Origin: the human T2T-CHM13v2.0 reference genome, Homo sapiens
NCBI RefSeq assembly: GCF_009914755.1
Contig: NC_060931.1
Reading direction: 5' to 3' (one strand)
DNA length: 64,000 nt
Shown here: in pieces, positions 1 through 15,000 of the stretch
Layout: each line of letters opens with the position of its first letter
How positions within the stretch are numbered: position 1 is the stretch's first letter
Notes under the pieces: generated by a model
Told to the model about the DNA's origin: nothing
The model's input: only the letters and a program-made list of their open reading frames with translations
Database searches by the model: none
Program-made: the position numbers and the translations under genes

Positions 1-3000
1 AAAGCGCTCCAAATATCCACTTGCAGATACTGGAAAAAGAGTGTTTCCAAACTGCTCAAAGAAAAGAAAGGTTCAGCTCTATGAGTTGAATGTCCAGATC
101 ACAAAGAAGTATCTGAGAATGCTTCTGTCTAGTTTTTATGTGAAGATATTTTATTTTCCACCATAGGCCTCAAAGCGCTCCAAATCTCCACTTGGAGATT
201 CTACAAAAAGAGTATTTCCAAACTGCTCAATCAAAAGAAATGTTCAAAACTGTGAGTTGAAAGTACACATCACAAAGAAGGTTCAGAGAATGCTTCTGTC
301 TAGTTTTTATGTGAAGATATTTCCTTTTCCACCAGAGGCCTCAAAGGGCTCCAAAAATCCACCTACAGATACTACAAAAAGAGAGTTTCAGAACTGCTCA
401 ATCAAAAGAAAGGTTTACCTCTGTGAGACAAATGCACACATCACAAAGAAGTTTCTCAGATTGCTTCTGTCTAGATTTTAAGTGAAGATATTTCCTTTTC
501 TACCATAGACCGCAAAGTGCTCCAAATGTCCACTTGCAGATTCTACGAAAAGAGTGTTTCAAAACTCCTCAATCAATAGAAAGGTTCAATTCTGTGTGAT
601 GAATGCACACATCACAAGGACGTCTCTCATATTTCTTCTGTCTATTTTTTATGTGAAGATATTTCCTTTTCCACGACAGGCCTCAAAGCGCTCCAAATGT
701 CCACTTGCAGATCCTACAAAAAAAGAGTTTCAAAACTTCTCAATGAAAAGAAAGTTTTAACTCTGTGAGATGAATGCACACATTATGAAGAGGTTTCTCA
801 GATGGTTCCTGTCTAGATTTTATGTGAAGATATTTCCTTTTCTATCATAGCCCGCAAAGCGCTCCAATTGTCCACTTGCAGATTCTACAAAAAGAGTGCT
901 TCAAAACTGTTCAATCAAAAGGAAGTTTCAACTCTGTGAGATGAATGCACACATCACAAAGAAGTTTCTGAGAATTCTTCTCTGTAGTTTTTATGTGAAG
1001 ATATTTCCTTTTCCACCATGAGCCTCAAAGTGCTCCAAATATCCACTTGCAGATTCTACAAAAAGAGAGTTTCAAAAACGGCTGAGTCAGAAGAAATGTT
1101 GAACTCTGTGAGATGAACGCACACATCAAAAGGAGTTTCTCAGAATTCTTTTGTGTAGTTTTTATATGAAGATATTTCCTTTTCCTCTGTAGGCCTGAAG
1201 GCACTAGAATTGTCCACTTGCAGATTCTGCTAAAAAAGTATTTCAAAACTGGTCCTTCAAAAGAAAGGTTCAATTCTGGGACATGAGTTCACACAGCATG
1301 AAGAAGTTTGTCAGTTTGCTTCTGTCTAGTTTTTATGTGAACATATTTCTTTTTCAGATATAGGTCTCAAAGCACTCCAAATATCCATTCGCAGATACCA
1401 CAAAAAGAGTGTTCCCAAACTGTTGAAACTAAAGAAAGCTTCAACTCTGTGAGTTGAATGCACAAATCACAAAGAATTTTCTGAGAATGCTTCTGTCTAG
1501 TTTTCTGTGAAGATATTTCCTTTTCCACCGTAGGCCTCAAAGTGCTCCAAATATTCACTTTCAGAATGTACAAAAAGGGTTTTTCAAAACTGCTCAGTCA
1601 AAAAAAAGATTCTACTCTGTGAGATGAATGCACACATCACAAAGAAGTTTCTCAGAATACTTCTGTCTACTTTTCATGTGAATATAATTCCTTTTCAGAT
1701 TTAGGCACCAAAGCACTCTAAATATCCTCTTCCAGGTTCTACAAAGAGTGTTTCAAAACTGCTCGATCAAAAGAAACGTTTAACTATGTGAGAAGAATGC
1801 ACAAATCATGAAGAATTTTCTCAGATTGCTTCTGTCTAGTTTTTATGTGAAGATGTTTTCTTTTCAACTATAGGCCTAAAAGCACTCCAAATATCCACTT
1901 GCAGACACAGGAAAAAGAGTGTTTCCAAACTGCTCAATGAAAAGAAAGGTTCAAATCTATGAGTTGAATGCCCATATCATAAAGAAGTATCTGAGAATGC
2001 TTTTGTCTAGTTTTCATGTGAATATATTCCCTTTTCCACCACAGGCCTCAAAGCGCTCCAAATCTCCACTTGCAGATTCTACAAAAAGAGGGTTTACAAA
2101 CTGCTCAATCAAAGGAAAGGTTCAAATCTGTGAGATGAATGCACACATCACAAAGAAGTTTCTCAGGATGCTTCTGTCTAGTTTTTATATGAAGATATTT
2201 CCTTTTCAGCTATAGGCCTCAAAGTGCTCCATATATCCATTTACAGATACTACAAAAACAGTGTTTCCAAACTACTCAATCAAAAGAAAGCTTCAACGCT
2301 GTGAGTTGAATGCACAAATCACAAAGAAGTTTCTGAAAATGCTTCTGTCTAGTTTTTATGTGAAGATATTTGCTTTTCAGCTATAGGCGTCAAAGCGCTC
2401 CAAATATCCATTTGCCGATACTACAAAATGAGTGTTTACAAACAGCTCAATCAAAAGAAAGCTTCACCTCTGTGAGGTGAATGCGCACATCACAGAGAAG
2501 TTTCTCACAATGCTTGTGTCTAGTTTTTATAAGAAGATATTTTCTTTTCCACCATAAGACCCAAAGCGCTCCAAATATCCACTTGCAGATTCTACAAAAA
2601 GAATGTTTCAAAACTGCTCAATCAAAAGAAAGTTTCAACTCTGTGAGATGAATGCACAAATCACAAAATAGTCTTTGAGAATGCTTCTGTCTAATTTTTA
2701 TGTGAAGCTATTTCCTTTTCTGCTATAGGACTCAAAGCGCTCCAAATATCCCTTTGAAGATACTACAAAAATAGTGTTCCCAAACTGCTCAATCAAAGGA
2801 AAGGTTCAAGCCTGTGAGTTGAATGCACTCATCACAAAGAAGTTTCTGAGAATCCTTCTGTCCAGTTTTTATGTGAAGATATTTCTTTTTCCACCATAGG
2901 CCTCAAAGCACTCCAAATACCCTTTTGCAGATTGTACAAAAAGAGTGTTTCAAATCTGCTCAGACAAAAGAAAGTTTCAAGTCTGTGAGATGAATGCACA

Positions 3001-6000
3001 CATGACAAAGAATTTTCTGAGAAAGCTTCTGTCTAGTTTTTATGTGAAGATATTACCTTTTTAGCTCTAGGCCACAAAGCGCTCCAAATTTCCACTTGCA
3101 GATTCTACAAAGGAGTGTTTCCAAACTGCTCAATCAAAGAAATGTTCAACTCGGTGAGTTGAAATCACACATCACAAAGAAGTACATGAGAATGCTTCAG
3201 TCTAATTTCTATGATAAGATATTTCCTTTTCTGCCATAGGCCCCAAAGTGCTCCAAATATCCACTTGCAGATTCTACAAAAAGAGTGTTTCCTAACTGCT
3301 CAATCAAAAATATGATTCAACTGTGTGAGATGAATGCACATTTCACAAACAAGTTTCTCAGAATGCTTCTGTCTAGTTTTTGTGTGAAGATATTTCCTTT
3401 TCAGTTATAGGAGTCAAAAGGCTCCAAATATCTATTTGCAGATACTTCAAAAAGTTTGTTGCCAAAATGCTTAATCAAAAGAAAGTTTCAACTCTCTGAG
3501 TTGAATGCACACATCACAAAGGAGTTTCTGAGAATGCTGCTGTCTAGTTTTAATGTGAAGATATTTCCTTTTCCACCATAGGCCTCAAAATGCTCCAAAT
3601 GTCCACTTGCAGATCCTACAAAAAGAGAGTTTCAAAATGGCTCAATGAAAAGAAAGGTTTAACTAAGTTAGATGAATGCACATATCACACAGAGGTTTCT
3701 CAGATTGCTTCTGTCTAGATTTTATGTGAAGATATTTCCTTTTCTACCATAGTCCGCAAAGCGCTCCAAATATCCACTTGCAGATTCTACAAAACGAGTG
3801 TTTCCAAACTGCTCAGTATAAAGAAAGATTCAACTCTGTGAGATGAACGCACACATCACAAAAACGTTTCTCAGAATTCTTCTGACTAGTTTTTATATGA
3901 AGATATTTCCTTTTCCACCATAGACCTCAAAGCCCTCCAAATGTCCATTTGCAGATTCTACAAAAAGAGAGTTTCAAAACTGCTCAATCAAAAGAAAGGC
4001 TTACCTCTGTGAGACAAATGCACACATCACAAAGAAGTTTCTCAGGTTGCTTCTGTCTAAATTTTACATGAAGATATTTCCTTTTCTACGATAGGCCGAA
4101 AAGAGCTCTAAATGTCCACTTGCAGAGTCTACAAAAAGAGTGTTTCAAAACTCCTCAATCAAAAGAAAGTTTCAACTCTGTGAGATGAACGCACACATCA
4201 CAAAAAAGTTTCTCAGAATTCTTCTGACTAGTTTTTATGTGAAGATATTTCCTGTTCCACGATAGCCCTCAAAGCGCTACAAATGTCTACTTGCAGGTTC
4301 TACAAAAAGAGAGTTTCAAAACTGCTCAATAAAAAGAAAATTATAACTCAGTGAGATGAATTCATACATCACAAAGAAGTTTCTCAGATTGTTTCTGTCT
4401 AGATTTTATGTGAAGATATTTCCTTTTCTACCATAGGCCCCAAAGCACTCCAAATATTCTCTTGCTGATTCTACAAAAAGAGTGTTTCCAAACTTCTAAA
4501 TCAAAAGAAAGCTTCAAACTTAGAAGATGAATGCACACATCACAAAGTAGTTTCTCAGAATCCTTCTGTCTAGTTTCTATGTAAAGATATTTCCTTTTCC
4601 ACCATAGGCCTCAAGACACTCGAAATGTTCACTTGCAGATTCTACCAAAAACGTATTTCAAAACTGGTCAATCAAAAGAAATGTTCAATGCTGGGAGATG
4701 AATGCACACATCACAAAGAAGTTGCTCAGAATGCTTCTATCTAGTTTTTACTTGAAGATATTTCATTTTCCACCATGGGACTCAAAGCTCTCCATATGTC
4801 CAATTGCAGATTCTACAAAAAGAGAGTTTCAAAACTGCTCTATCAAGAGAAAGGTTTAACTCTGTGAGATGAATGCACACATCACAAAGAAGTTTCTCAG
4901 ATTGCTTCTCTCTAGGTTTTATGTGAAGATATTTCCTTTTCTACGATTGGCCGCAAATCACTCCAAATGTCCACTTGCAGATCCTATAAAAAGAGTGTTT
5001 CCAAACTGCTCAATGAAAAGAAATGTTGAATTCTGTGAGATGAACACACACGTCACAAAGATTTTTCTCACAATTCTGCTGTCGAGATTTTATGTGAAGA
5101 TGTTTCCTTTTCCACCATAGGCCTCAAAGTGCCCCAAATGTCCACTTGCAGATTCTACAAATAGAGTGTTTCAAAACTGTTCAATGAAAAGAAAGGTTTA
5201 ACTCTGTGAGATGAATGCACACATCACAAGGAAATCTCTCAGATTACTTCTGTCTAGATTTTATGTGAAGATAATTCCTTTTCTAACATTGGCTGCAAAG
5301 TGCTCCAAATGTCAACTTGCAGATTCTACCGTAAGAGTGTTTCCGAACTGCTCAATCAAAAGAAAGTTTTCAACTCTGTGAGATGAACGCACACATAACA
5401 AAGTAGTTTCTCAGAATTATTCTGTCTAGTTTTTATGCGAAGACGTTTCCTTTTCCACCTTAGACCTTAAAGCACTCCAAATGTCCACTTGCAGATTCTA
5501 CAAAAGGAATATTTCAAAACTGTTCCATAAAAAGAAAGGTTCAACTCTGGGTGATGAATGCACACATCGTAAAAAAGTTTCTCCGAATGCTTATATCTAG
5601 TTTTTATGTGAAGATATTTCCTTTTCCACCATAGGCCTCAAAGCACTCCAAATGTCCACTTGCAGATTCTACAAAAAGAGAGTTTCAAAACTACTCAAAG
5701 AAAGGGTTACCTCTGTGAGATGAATGCACACATCACAAAGAAGTTTCTCAGATTGCTTCTGTCTAGATTTTATGTGAAGTTATTTCCTTTTCTACCACAG
5801 GCAGCAAAACGCTCCAAATGTCCATGTGCAGATTCTACAATAAGACTGTTTCCAAACTGCTCAATCAAAAGAAAGATTCAACTCTGTGAGATGAACGCGC
5901 ACATCACAAAGAAGTTTCTCAGAATTCTTCTGTCTAGTTTTTATGTGAAGATATTTTATTTTCCACCATAGACCTTAAGGTGCTTGAAATGTCCACTTGC

Positions 6001-9000
6001 AGATTCCACAAAAGGAGTATTTCAAAACTGGTCTATCAAAAGAAAGGTTCATCCCTTGGAGGTGAATGCACACATCACAACAAAGTTTCTCAGATGGCTT
6101 CTGTCTAGATTTTATGTGAAGATATTTCCTTTTCTCCCAAAGGCTGCAAAGCGCTCCAAATTTCCACATGCAGATTCTACCAAAAGAGTGTTTTGAAACT
6201 ATGCAATCAAAAGAAAAGTTCAACTCTGTGAGATGAATGCACACATCACAAAGAAGTTCCTCAGGATCTGTTTAGTTTTTATGTGAAGATATTTCCTTTT
6301 CTACCATAGGTTGCAAAGCACACCAAATGTCCACTTGCAGGTCCTAAAAAAAGAGTGTTTCCAAAATTCACAATCAAAAGAAAGGTTCAACTCCGTGAGA
6401 TGAACGCACACATAGCAGAGAAGTTTCTCATAATTCTTCTCTCTAGTTTTTATGCGAAAATATTTCCTATTCTACCATAGGCCGCAAAGCACTACCAAAA
6501 GAGTGTTTCCAAACTGCTCAATCAAAAGAAAGCTTCAACTCTGTGAGTTAAATGCACACATCACAAAGTAGTTTCTGAGAATGTTTCTGTCTAGTTTTTA
6601 TGTGATGATATTTCCTTTTCCACCATAGGCCTCAAAGCCCTCCAAATATCCACTTGCAGATTCTACAAAAAGAGTGTTTCAAAACTGTTCAATCAAAAGA
6701 CAATTTCAACTCTGTGAGATGAATGCACACATCACAAAGAAGTTTCTCAGGATGTTTCTGTCTAGGTTTTATGTGAAGATATTTCCTTTCAGCTATAGAC
6801 CTCAAAGCACTCCAAATAGACATTTTCAGACACTACAAAATGAGTGTTTCCAAACTGCTCAATCAAAAGAAAGCTTCAACTCTGTGAGTTGAATGCACAC
6901 ATCACAAAGAAGTTTCTGAGAATGCTTCTGTCTAGTTTTTATGTGAAGATATTTCTTTTTCAGCTATAGGCCTCAAAGTGCTCCAAATATCCATTTGCAG
7001 ATACTACAAAAAGAGTCTTTGCAAACTGCTCAATGAAAAGAAAGGTTCAACTCGGAGTTCAATGCACACATCACAAAGAAGTTTCTCAGAATGCTTCAGT
7101 CTAGTTTTTATGGGAAGATGTTTGCTTTCCACCACAGGCCTCTAAGCGCTCCAAATATCCATTTGCAGATTCTCCAAAAAGTGTGTTTCAAAACTGCTTA
7201 ATCAAAAGAACGGTTTATCTCTGTGAGATGAATGCACACAGAAGTTTCTCAGAGTGCTTCTGTCTACTTTATATGTGAACATAATTCTTTTTTCAGCTAT
7301 ACGCCTCAAAGTGCTCCAAATATCCAATTGCAGATAATACAAAGCGAGTGTTTCCAAACTGCTCAATCAAAAGAAAGCTTCAACTCTGTGAGTTGAATGC
7401 ACACATCACAAAGAAGTTTCTGAGAATGCTTCTGTCTAGTTTTTATGTTAGGATATATCCTTTTAAGCTATGGACATCAAAGTGCTCCAAATATACATTT
7501 GCAGATACTACAAAATGAGTGTTTTCAAACAGCTCAATCAAAAGAAAGTTCAACTCTGTGAGTTGAATGCACACATCACAAGGAAGTTTCTCAGAATACT
7601 TCTGTCTTGTTTTTATGTGGAGATATTTCCTTTTCCACATTGGCCTCAAAGCACTCCAATTATCCACTTGCAGATTCTACAAAAAGAGATTTTCAAAACT
7701 GCTCAATCAAAAGAAAGGTTCAACTCTTTGAAATGAACACACACATCACAAAGAAGTTTCTCAGAATGCTTCTGTCTAATTTTTATGTCAAGATATTTCC
7801 ATTTCAGCTATAGGCCTCAAAGCGCTCCAAATATCCATTTGTGGATACTGTAAAAAGGGTTTTTCCAATCTGCTCAATCAAAAGAAAACTTCAACTCTGT
7901 GAGTTGAATGCACACATCACAATGAAGTTTCTGACAATGCTTCTGTCAAGTTTTTATGTGAAGATATTTCATTTTCCACCATAGGCCTCAAATCACTCCC
8001 AATATCCACATGCACATTCTCCAAAAAGAGTGTTTCAAAACTGTTCAATCAAAAAAAAGGTTAAAATCTGTGAGATGAATGCACACATACCAAAGAAGTT
8101 TCTCAGAATGCTTCTGTCTAGTTTTTATGTGAAGATATTTCCTGTGCCCCTATAGGCCTCAAAGCACTGCAAATATCCATTTGCAGATACTATAAAAAGA
8201 GTGTTTCCAAACTGCTCAATGAAAAGAAATGTTGAATTCTGTGAGATGAACACACACGTCACAAAGATTTTTCTCACAATTCTGCTGTCGAGATTTTATG
8301 TGAAGATGTTTCCTTTTCCACCATAGGCCTCAAAGTGCCCCAAATGTCCACTTGCAGATTCTACAAATAGAGTGTTTCAAAACTGTTCAATGAAAAGAAA
8401 GGTTTAACTCTGTGAGATGAATGCACACATCACAAGGAAATCTCTCAGATTACTTCTGTCTAGATTTTATGTGAAGATAATTCCTTTTCTAACATTGGCT
8501 GCAAAGTGCTCCAAATGTCAACTTGCAGATTCTACCGTAAGAGTGTTTCCGAACTGCTCAATCAAAAGAAAGTTTTCAACTCTGTGAGATGAACGCACAC
8601 ATAACAAAGTAGTTTCTCAGAATTATTCTGTCTAGTTTTTATGCGAAGACGTTTCCTTTTCCACCTTAGACCTTAAAGCACTCCAAATGTCCACTTGCAG
8701 ATTCTACAAAAGGAATATTTCAAAACTGTTCCATAAAAAGAAAGGTTCAACTCTGGGTGATGAATGCACACATCGTAAAAAAGTTTCTCCGAATGCTTAT
8801 ATCTAGTTTTTATGTGAAGATATTTCCTTTTCCACCATAGGCCTCAAAGCACTCCAAATGTCCACTTGCAGATTCTACAAAAAGAGAGTTTCAAAACTAC
8901 TCAAAGAAAGGGTTACCTCTGTGAGATGAATGCACACATCACAAAGAAGTTTCTCAGATTGCTTCTGTCTAGATTTTATGTGAAGTTATTTCCTTTTCTA

Positions 9001-12000
9001 CCACAGGCAGCAAAACGCTCCAAATGTCCATGTGCAGATTCTACAATAAGACTGTTTCCAAACTGCTCAATCAAAAGAAAGATTCAACTCTGTGAGATGA
9101 ACGCGCACATCACAAAGAAGTTTCTCAGAATTCTTCTGTCTAGTTTTTATGTGAAGATATTTTATTTTCCACCATAGACCTTAAGGTGCTTGAAATGTCC
9201 ACTTGCAGATTCCACAAAAGGAGTATTTCAAAACTGGTCTATCAAAAGAAAGGTTCATCCCTTGGAGGTGAATGCACACATCACAACAAAGTTTCTCAGA
9301 TGGCTTCTGTCTAGATTTTATGTGAAGATATTTCCTTTTCTCCCAAAGGCTGCAAAGCGCTCCAAATTTCCACATGCAGATTCTACCAAAAGAGTGTTTT
9401 GAAACTATGCAATCAAAAGAAAAGTTCAACTCTGTGAGATGAATGCACACATCACAAAGAAGTTCCTCAGGATCTGTTTAGTTTTTATGTGAAGATATTT
9501 CCTTTTCTACCATAGGTTGCAAAGCACACCAAATGTCCACTTGCAGGTCCTAAAAAAAGAGTGTTTCCAAAATTCACAATCAAAAGAAAGGTTCAACTCC
9601 GTGAGATGAACGCACACATAGCAGAGAAGTTTCTCATAATTCTTCTCTCTAGTTTTTATGCGAAAATATTTCCTATTCTACCATAGGCCGCAAAGCACTA
9701 CCAAAAGAGTGTTTCCAAACTGCTCAATCAAAAGAAAGCTTCAACTCTGTGAGTTAAATGCACACATCACAAAGTAGTTTCTGAGAATGTTTCTGTCTAG
9801 TTTTTATGTGATGATATTTCCTTTTCCACCATAGGCCTCAAAGCCCTCCAAATATCCACTTGCAGATTCTACAAAAAGAGTGTTTCAAAACTGTTCAATC
9901 AAAAGACAATTTCAACTCTGTGAGATGAATGCACACATCACAAAGAAGTTTCTCAGGATGTTTCTGTCTAGGTTTTATGTGAAGATATTTCCTTTCAGCT
10001 ATAGACCTCAAAGCACTCCAAATAGACATTTTCAGACACTACAAAATGAGTGTTTCCAAACTGCTCAATCAAAAGAAAGCTTCAACTCTGTGAGTTGAAT
10101 GCACACATCACAAAGAAGTTTCTGAGAATGCTTCTGTCTAGTTTTTATGTGAAGATATTTCTTTTTCAGCTATAGGCCTCAAAGTGCTCCAAATATCCAT
10201 TTGCAGATACTACAAAAAGAGTCTTTGCAAACTGCTCAATGAAAAGAAAGGTTCAACTCGGAGTTCAATGCACACATCACAAAGAAGTTTCTCAGAATGC
10301 TTCAGTCTAGTTTTTATGGGAAGATGTTTGCTTTCCACCACAGGCCTCTAAGCGCTCCAAATATCCATTTGCAGATTCTCCAAAAAGTGTGTTTCAAAAC
10401 TGCTTAATCAAAAGAACGGTTTATCTCTGTGAGATGAATGCACACAGAAGTTTCTCAGAGTGCTTCTGTCTACTTTATATGTGAACATAATTCTTTTTTC
10501 AGCTATACGCCTCAAAGTGCTCCAAATATCCAATTGCAGATAATACAAAGCGAGTGTTTCCAAACTGCTCAATCAAAAGAAAGCTTCAACTCTGTGAGTT
10601 GAATGCACACATCACAAAGAAGTTTCTGAGAATGCTTCTGTCTAGTTTTTATGTTAGGATATATCCTTTTAAGCTATGGACATCAAAGTGCTCCAAATAT
10701 ACATTTGCAGATACTACAAAATGAGTGTTTTCAAACAGCTCAATCAAAAGAAAGTTCAACTCTGTGAGTTGAATGCACACATCACAAGGAAGTTTCTCAG
10801 AATACTTCTGTCTTGTTTTTATGTGGAGATATTTCCTTTTCCACATTGGCCTCAAAGCACTCCAATTATCCACTTGCAGATTCTACAAAAAGAGATTTTC
10901 AAAACTGCTCAATCAAAAGAAAGGTTCAACTCTTTGAAATGAACACACACATCACAAAGAAGTTTCTCAGAATGCTTCTGTCTAATTTTTATGTCAAGAT
11001 ATTTCCATTTCAGCTATAGGCCTCAAAGCGCTCCAAATATCCATTTGTGGATACTGTAAAAAGGGTTTTTCCAATCTGCTCAATCAAAAGAAAACTTCAA
11101 CTCTGTGAGTTGAATGCACACATCACAATGAAGTTTCTGACAATGCTTCTGTCAAGTTTTTATGTGAAGATATTTCATTTTCCACCATAGGCCTCAAATC
11201 ACTCCCAATATCCACATGCACATTCTCCAAAAAGAGTGTTTCAAAACTGTTCAATCAAAAAAAAGGTTAAAATCTGTGAGATGAATGCACACATACCAAA
11301 GAAGTTTCTCAGAATGCTTCTGTCTAGTTTTTATGTGAAGATATTTCCTGTGCCCCTATAGGCCTCAAAGCACTGCAAATATCCATTTGCAGATACTATA
11401 AAAAGAGTGTTTCCAAACTGCTCAATCAAAAGTAAGGTTCAACTCCATGAGCTGAATGCACACATCACGAAGAAGTTTCTGAGAATGCTTCTGTCTACTT
11501 TTTAGGTGAAGATATTTCCTTTTCCAGCATAGGCCTCAAAGCGCTCCAAATATCCACTTACATATTCTACAAAAAGAGTGTTTCAAAACTGCTTAATTAA
11601 AAGAAAGGTTCAACAATGTGAGTTGAATGCACACATCACAAACCAGTTTGTCAGATTGCTTCTCTCTAGATATTATGTGAGGATATTTCCTTGTCTAACA
11701 GGCCGTAAGGACCTCCAAATTTGAACTTGCAGATTCTACCAAAAGAGTGTTTCCAAACTGCTCAAAGAAAGGTTAAACTCTTTGAGATGAATGCAAGCAT
11801 CACAAAGAAGTTTCTCAGAATGCTTCTGTCTAGTTTTTATGTTAAGATATTTCCTTTTCCATCATAGGCCTCAAAGTGCTCAAAATATCCACTTGCAGAT
11901 ACTACAAAAAGAGAGTTTCAAAACTGCTCAATCAAAAGAAAGTTTTAACTTTGTGAGATGAATGCACACATCACAAAGAAGTTTCTCAGATTGCTTCTGT

Positions 12001-15000
12001 CTAGATTTTTTGTGAAGATCTTTCCTTTTCTACCACAGGCCGCAAAGCACTCCAAATGTCCACTTGCAGATACTACAAAAAGAGTGTTTCCAAACTGCTC
12101 AATCAAAAGAAAGGTTCAACTCTGTGAGATGAATGCACACATCACAAAGAGGTTTCTCAGAATGCTTCTGTCTACTTTTTATGTGAGGATATTGCCTTTT
12201 CAGCTATACTCCTCAAAGAGCTGTAAATACCCATTTGCAGATAGTATAAAAAGAGTGTTTCCAAACTGCTCAATCAAAAGAAAGGTTCAACTCTATGAGA
12301 TGAATGCACACATCACAGTGAACTTTCTGAGAATGCTTCTGTGTAGTTTTTATGTGATGACATTTCCTTTTACAGCATAGGCCTCAAAGCACTCCAAATA
12401 TCCACTTGCAGATTTTACAAAAAGATAGTTTCAAAACTGCTCAATCAAAAGAAAGGTCCAACCCTGTGAGATGAATGCACACATCTCAAACCAGTTTCTC
12501 AGATTGCTTCTGTCTAGATTTTATTTGAAGATGTTTCCTTCTCTACCATAGGTCACAAAGAGCTCCAATTTTCAACTTGCAGATTCTACCAAGAGTGTTT
12601 CCAAACTGCTCAATCAAATAAAGCTTCAACTCTCTGAGATGAAAGGAAGCATCACAAAGAAGTTTCTCAGAATTCTTCTGTCTAGTTTTAATGTGAAGAT
12701 ATTTACTTTTCCACCATAGGCCTCAAAGTGCTCCAAATGTCCACTTGCAGTTTCTACATAAAGAGAGTTTCAAAACTGCTCAATCAAAAGAAAGTTTTAA
12801 CTTTGTGAGATGAATGCACACATAACACAGAAGTTTCTCAGACTGCTTCTGTCTAGATTTTATGTGAAGATATTTCTTTTTCTACCATAGGCTGCAAAGT
12901 ACTCCAAATGTCCACTTGCAGATTCTACAAAAAGAGTGTTTCCAACCTACGCAATCAAAAGAAAGGTTCAACTCTGTGAGATGAATGCACACATCCCAAA
13001 GGAGTTTCTCAGAATGCTTCTGTCTAGTTTTTATGTGAAGATATTTCATTTTCAGCTATAGGCCTCAAAACGCTCTGAATATCCATTTGCAGATACTACA
13101 ATAAGAGTGTTTCCAAACTGCTCAATCAAAAGAAAGGTTCAACTCTGTGAGTTGAACGCACACATCAAAAAGAAGTTTCTGAGAATGCTTCTGTCTAGTT
13201 TTTATGTTAAGATATTTCCTTTTCCACCATAGGCATCAAAGCACTCCAAATATCCACTTGCAAATTCTACAAAAAGAGTGTTGCAAAACTGCTCAATCAA
13301 AAGAGAGTTTCAACTCTGTGAGATGAACGCACATGTCACAAAGAAGTTTTTCCGAATTCTTCTCTCTAGTTTTTATGAGAAAATATTTCCTTTTCCACCC
13401 TAGGCCTCAAAGCGATCCAAATGCACACTTGCAGATTCTACAAAAACAGAGTTTCAAAAACGGCTCAATCAAAAGTAAGGTTTAACTCTGTAAGATGAAT
13501 GCACACATCACAAAGCAGTTTCTCAGATTGCTTCTGTCTAGATTGTATGTGAAGATATTTCCTTCTCTACCATAGGCCGCAAATAGCTCCAAATTTGAAA
13601 TTGCAGATTCTACCAAAAGAGTGTTTCCAAACTGCTCAATCGAAAGAAAGGTTCAACTATTTGAGATGAATACAAGCATCACAGAGAAGTTTCTCAGAAT
13701 TCTTCTGTCTAGTTTTTATGTGGAGATATTTCCTTTTCCACCATAGGCCTCAAAGTGCTCCAAATGTCCACTTGCAGAGTCTTCAAAAAGAGTGTTTCAA
13801 AACTACTCAATCAAAAGAAAGTTTTAACTTTGTGAGATGAATGCACACATCACAAAGAAGTTTCCCAGATTGCTTCTGTCTAGATTTTATGTGAAGATAT
13901 TTTTTTTCTACCATGGGCTGCAAAGCACTCCAAATGTACACTTGCAGATTCTACAAAAAGAGTGTTTCCAAACTGCTCAATAAAAAGAGAGGTTCAACTC
14001 TGTGGGATGAATGCACACGTCACAAAGTGGTTTCTCAGAATTCTTCTGTCTAGTTTTCATGTGAAGCTATTTCCTTTTCCATCATAGGCCTCAAGGCAAT
14101 CCAAATGTCCCCTGCAAACTCTACAAAAAGAGAGTTTCAAAACTTCTCAATCAAAAGAAACTTTTGATTTTGGGAGATGAATGCCCACATCACAAGAAGT
14201 TTCTCAGATTGCTTTTGTCTACATTTTATGTGAAGATATTTACTTTTCTACCATAGACCCCAAAGCGTAAAATCGTCCTCTTGCAGATATTACAAAAAGA
14301 GTTTTTCCAAACTTCTCAATCAAAAGAAAGGTTCAACTCTGGGAGACAAACACACACACCACAAAGAAGTTTCTCAGAATTCTTCTGTCTAGTTTTTATG
14401 TGAAGATATTTCCTTTTCCACCATAGTCCTCAAAGCCCTCCAAATGTCCACTTGCAAATTCTACAAAAAGAGAGTTTCAAAACTGCTCAAACAAAAGAAA
14501 GGTTTAAATAAGTGAGATGAATGAACACATCACAAAGTAGTTTCTCAGATTGTTTCTGTCTAGATTTTATGTGAAGATATTTCCTTTTATAACATAGGCC
14601 ACAAAGCACTCCAAATGTCCACTTGCAGATTCTAATAAAAGAGTGTTTCCAAACTGCTCAATCAAAAGAAAGGTTCAATTCTGTGAGATGAATGCACACA
14701 TCACAAAGAAGTTTCTCAGAATTCTTCTTCCTAGTTTTTATGTGAAGATATTACCTTTTCCACCATAGGCCTCAAAGAGCTCCAAATGTTCTCTTTCAGA
14801 TTCTACAAAAAGAGAGTTTCAAAACTGCTCAATCAAATAAAGTTTCAACTCTGTGAGATGAACGCTAACCTCACAAAGAAGATTCTCAGAATTCTTCTGT
14901 CTATTTTTCATGTGAAGATATTTCCTTTTCCACCATAGGCCACAAAGTGCTCCAAATGTCCACTTACACATACTACAAAAAGAGAGTTTCAAAACTGCTC

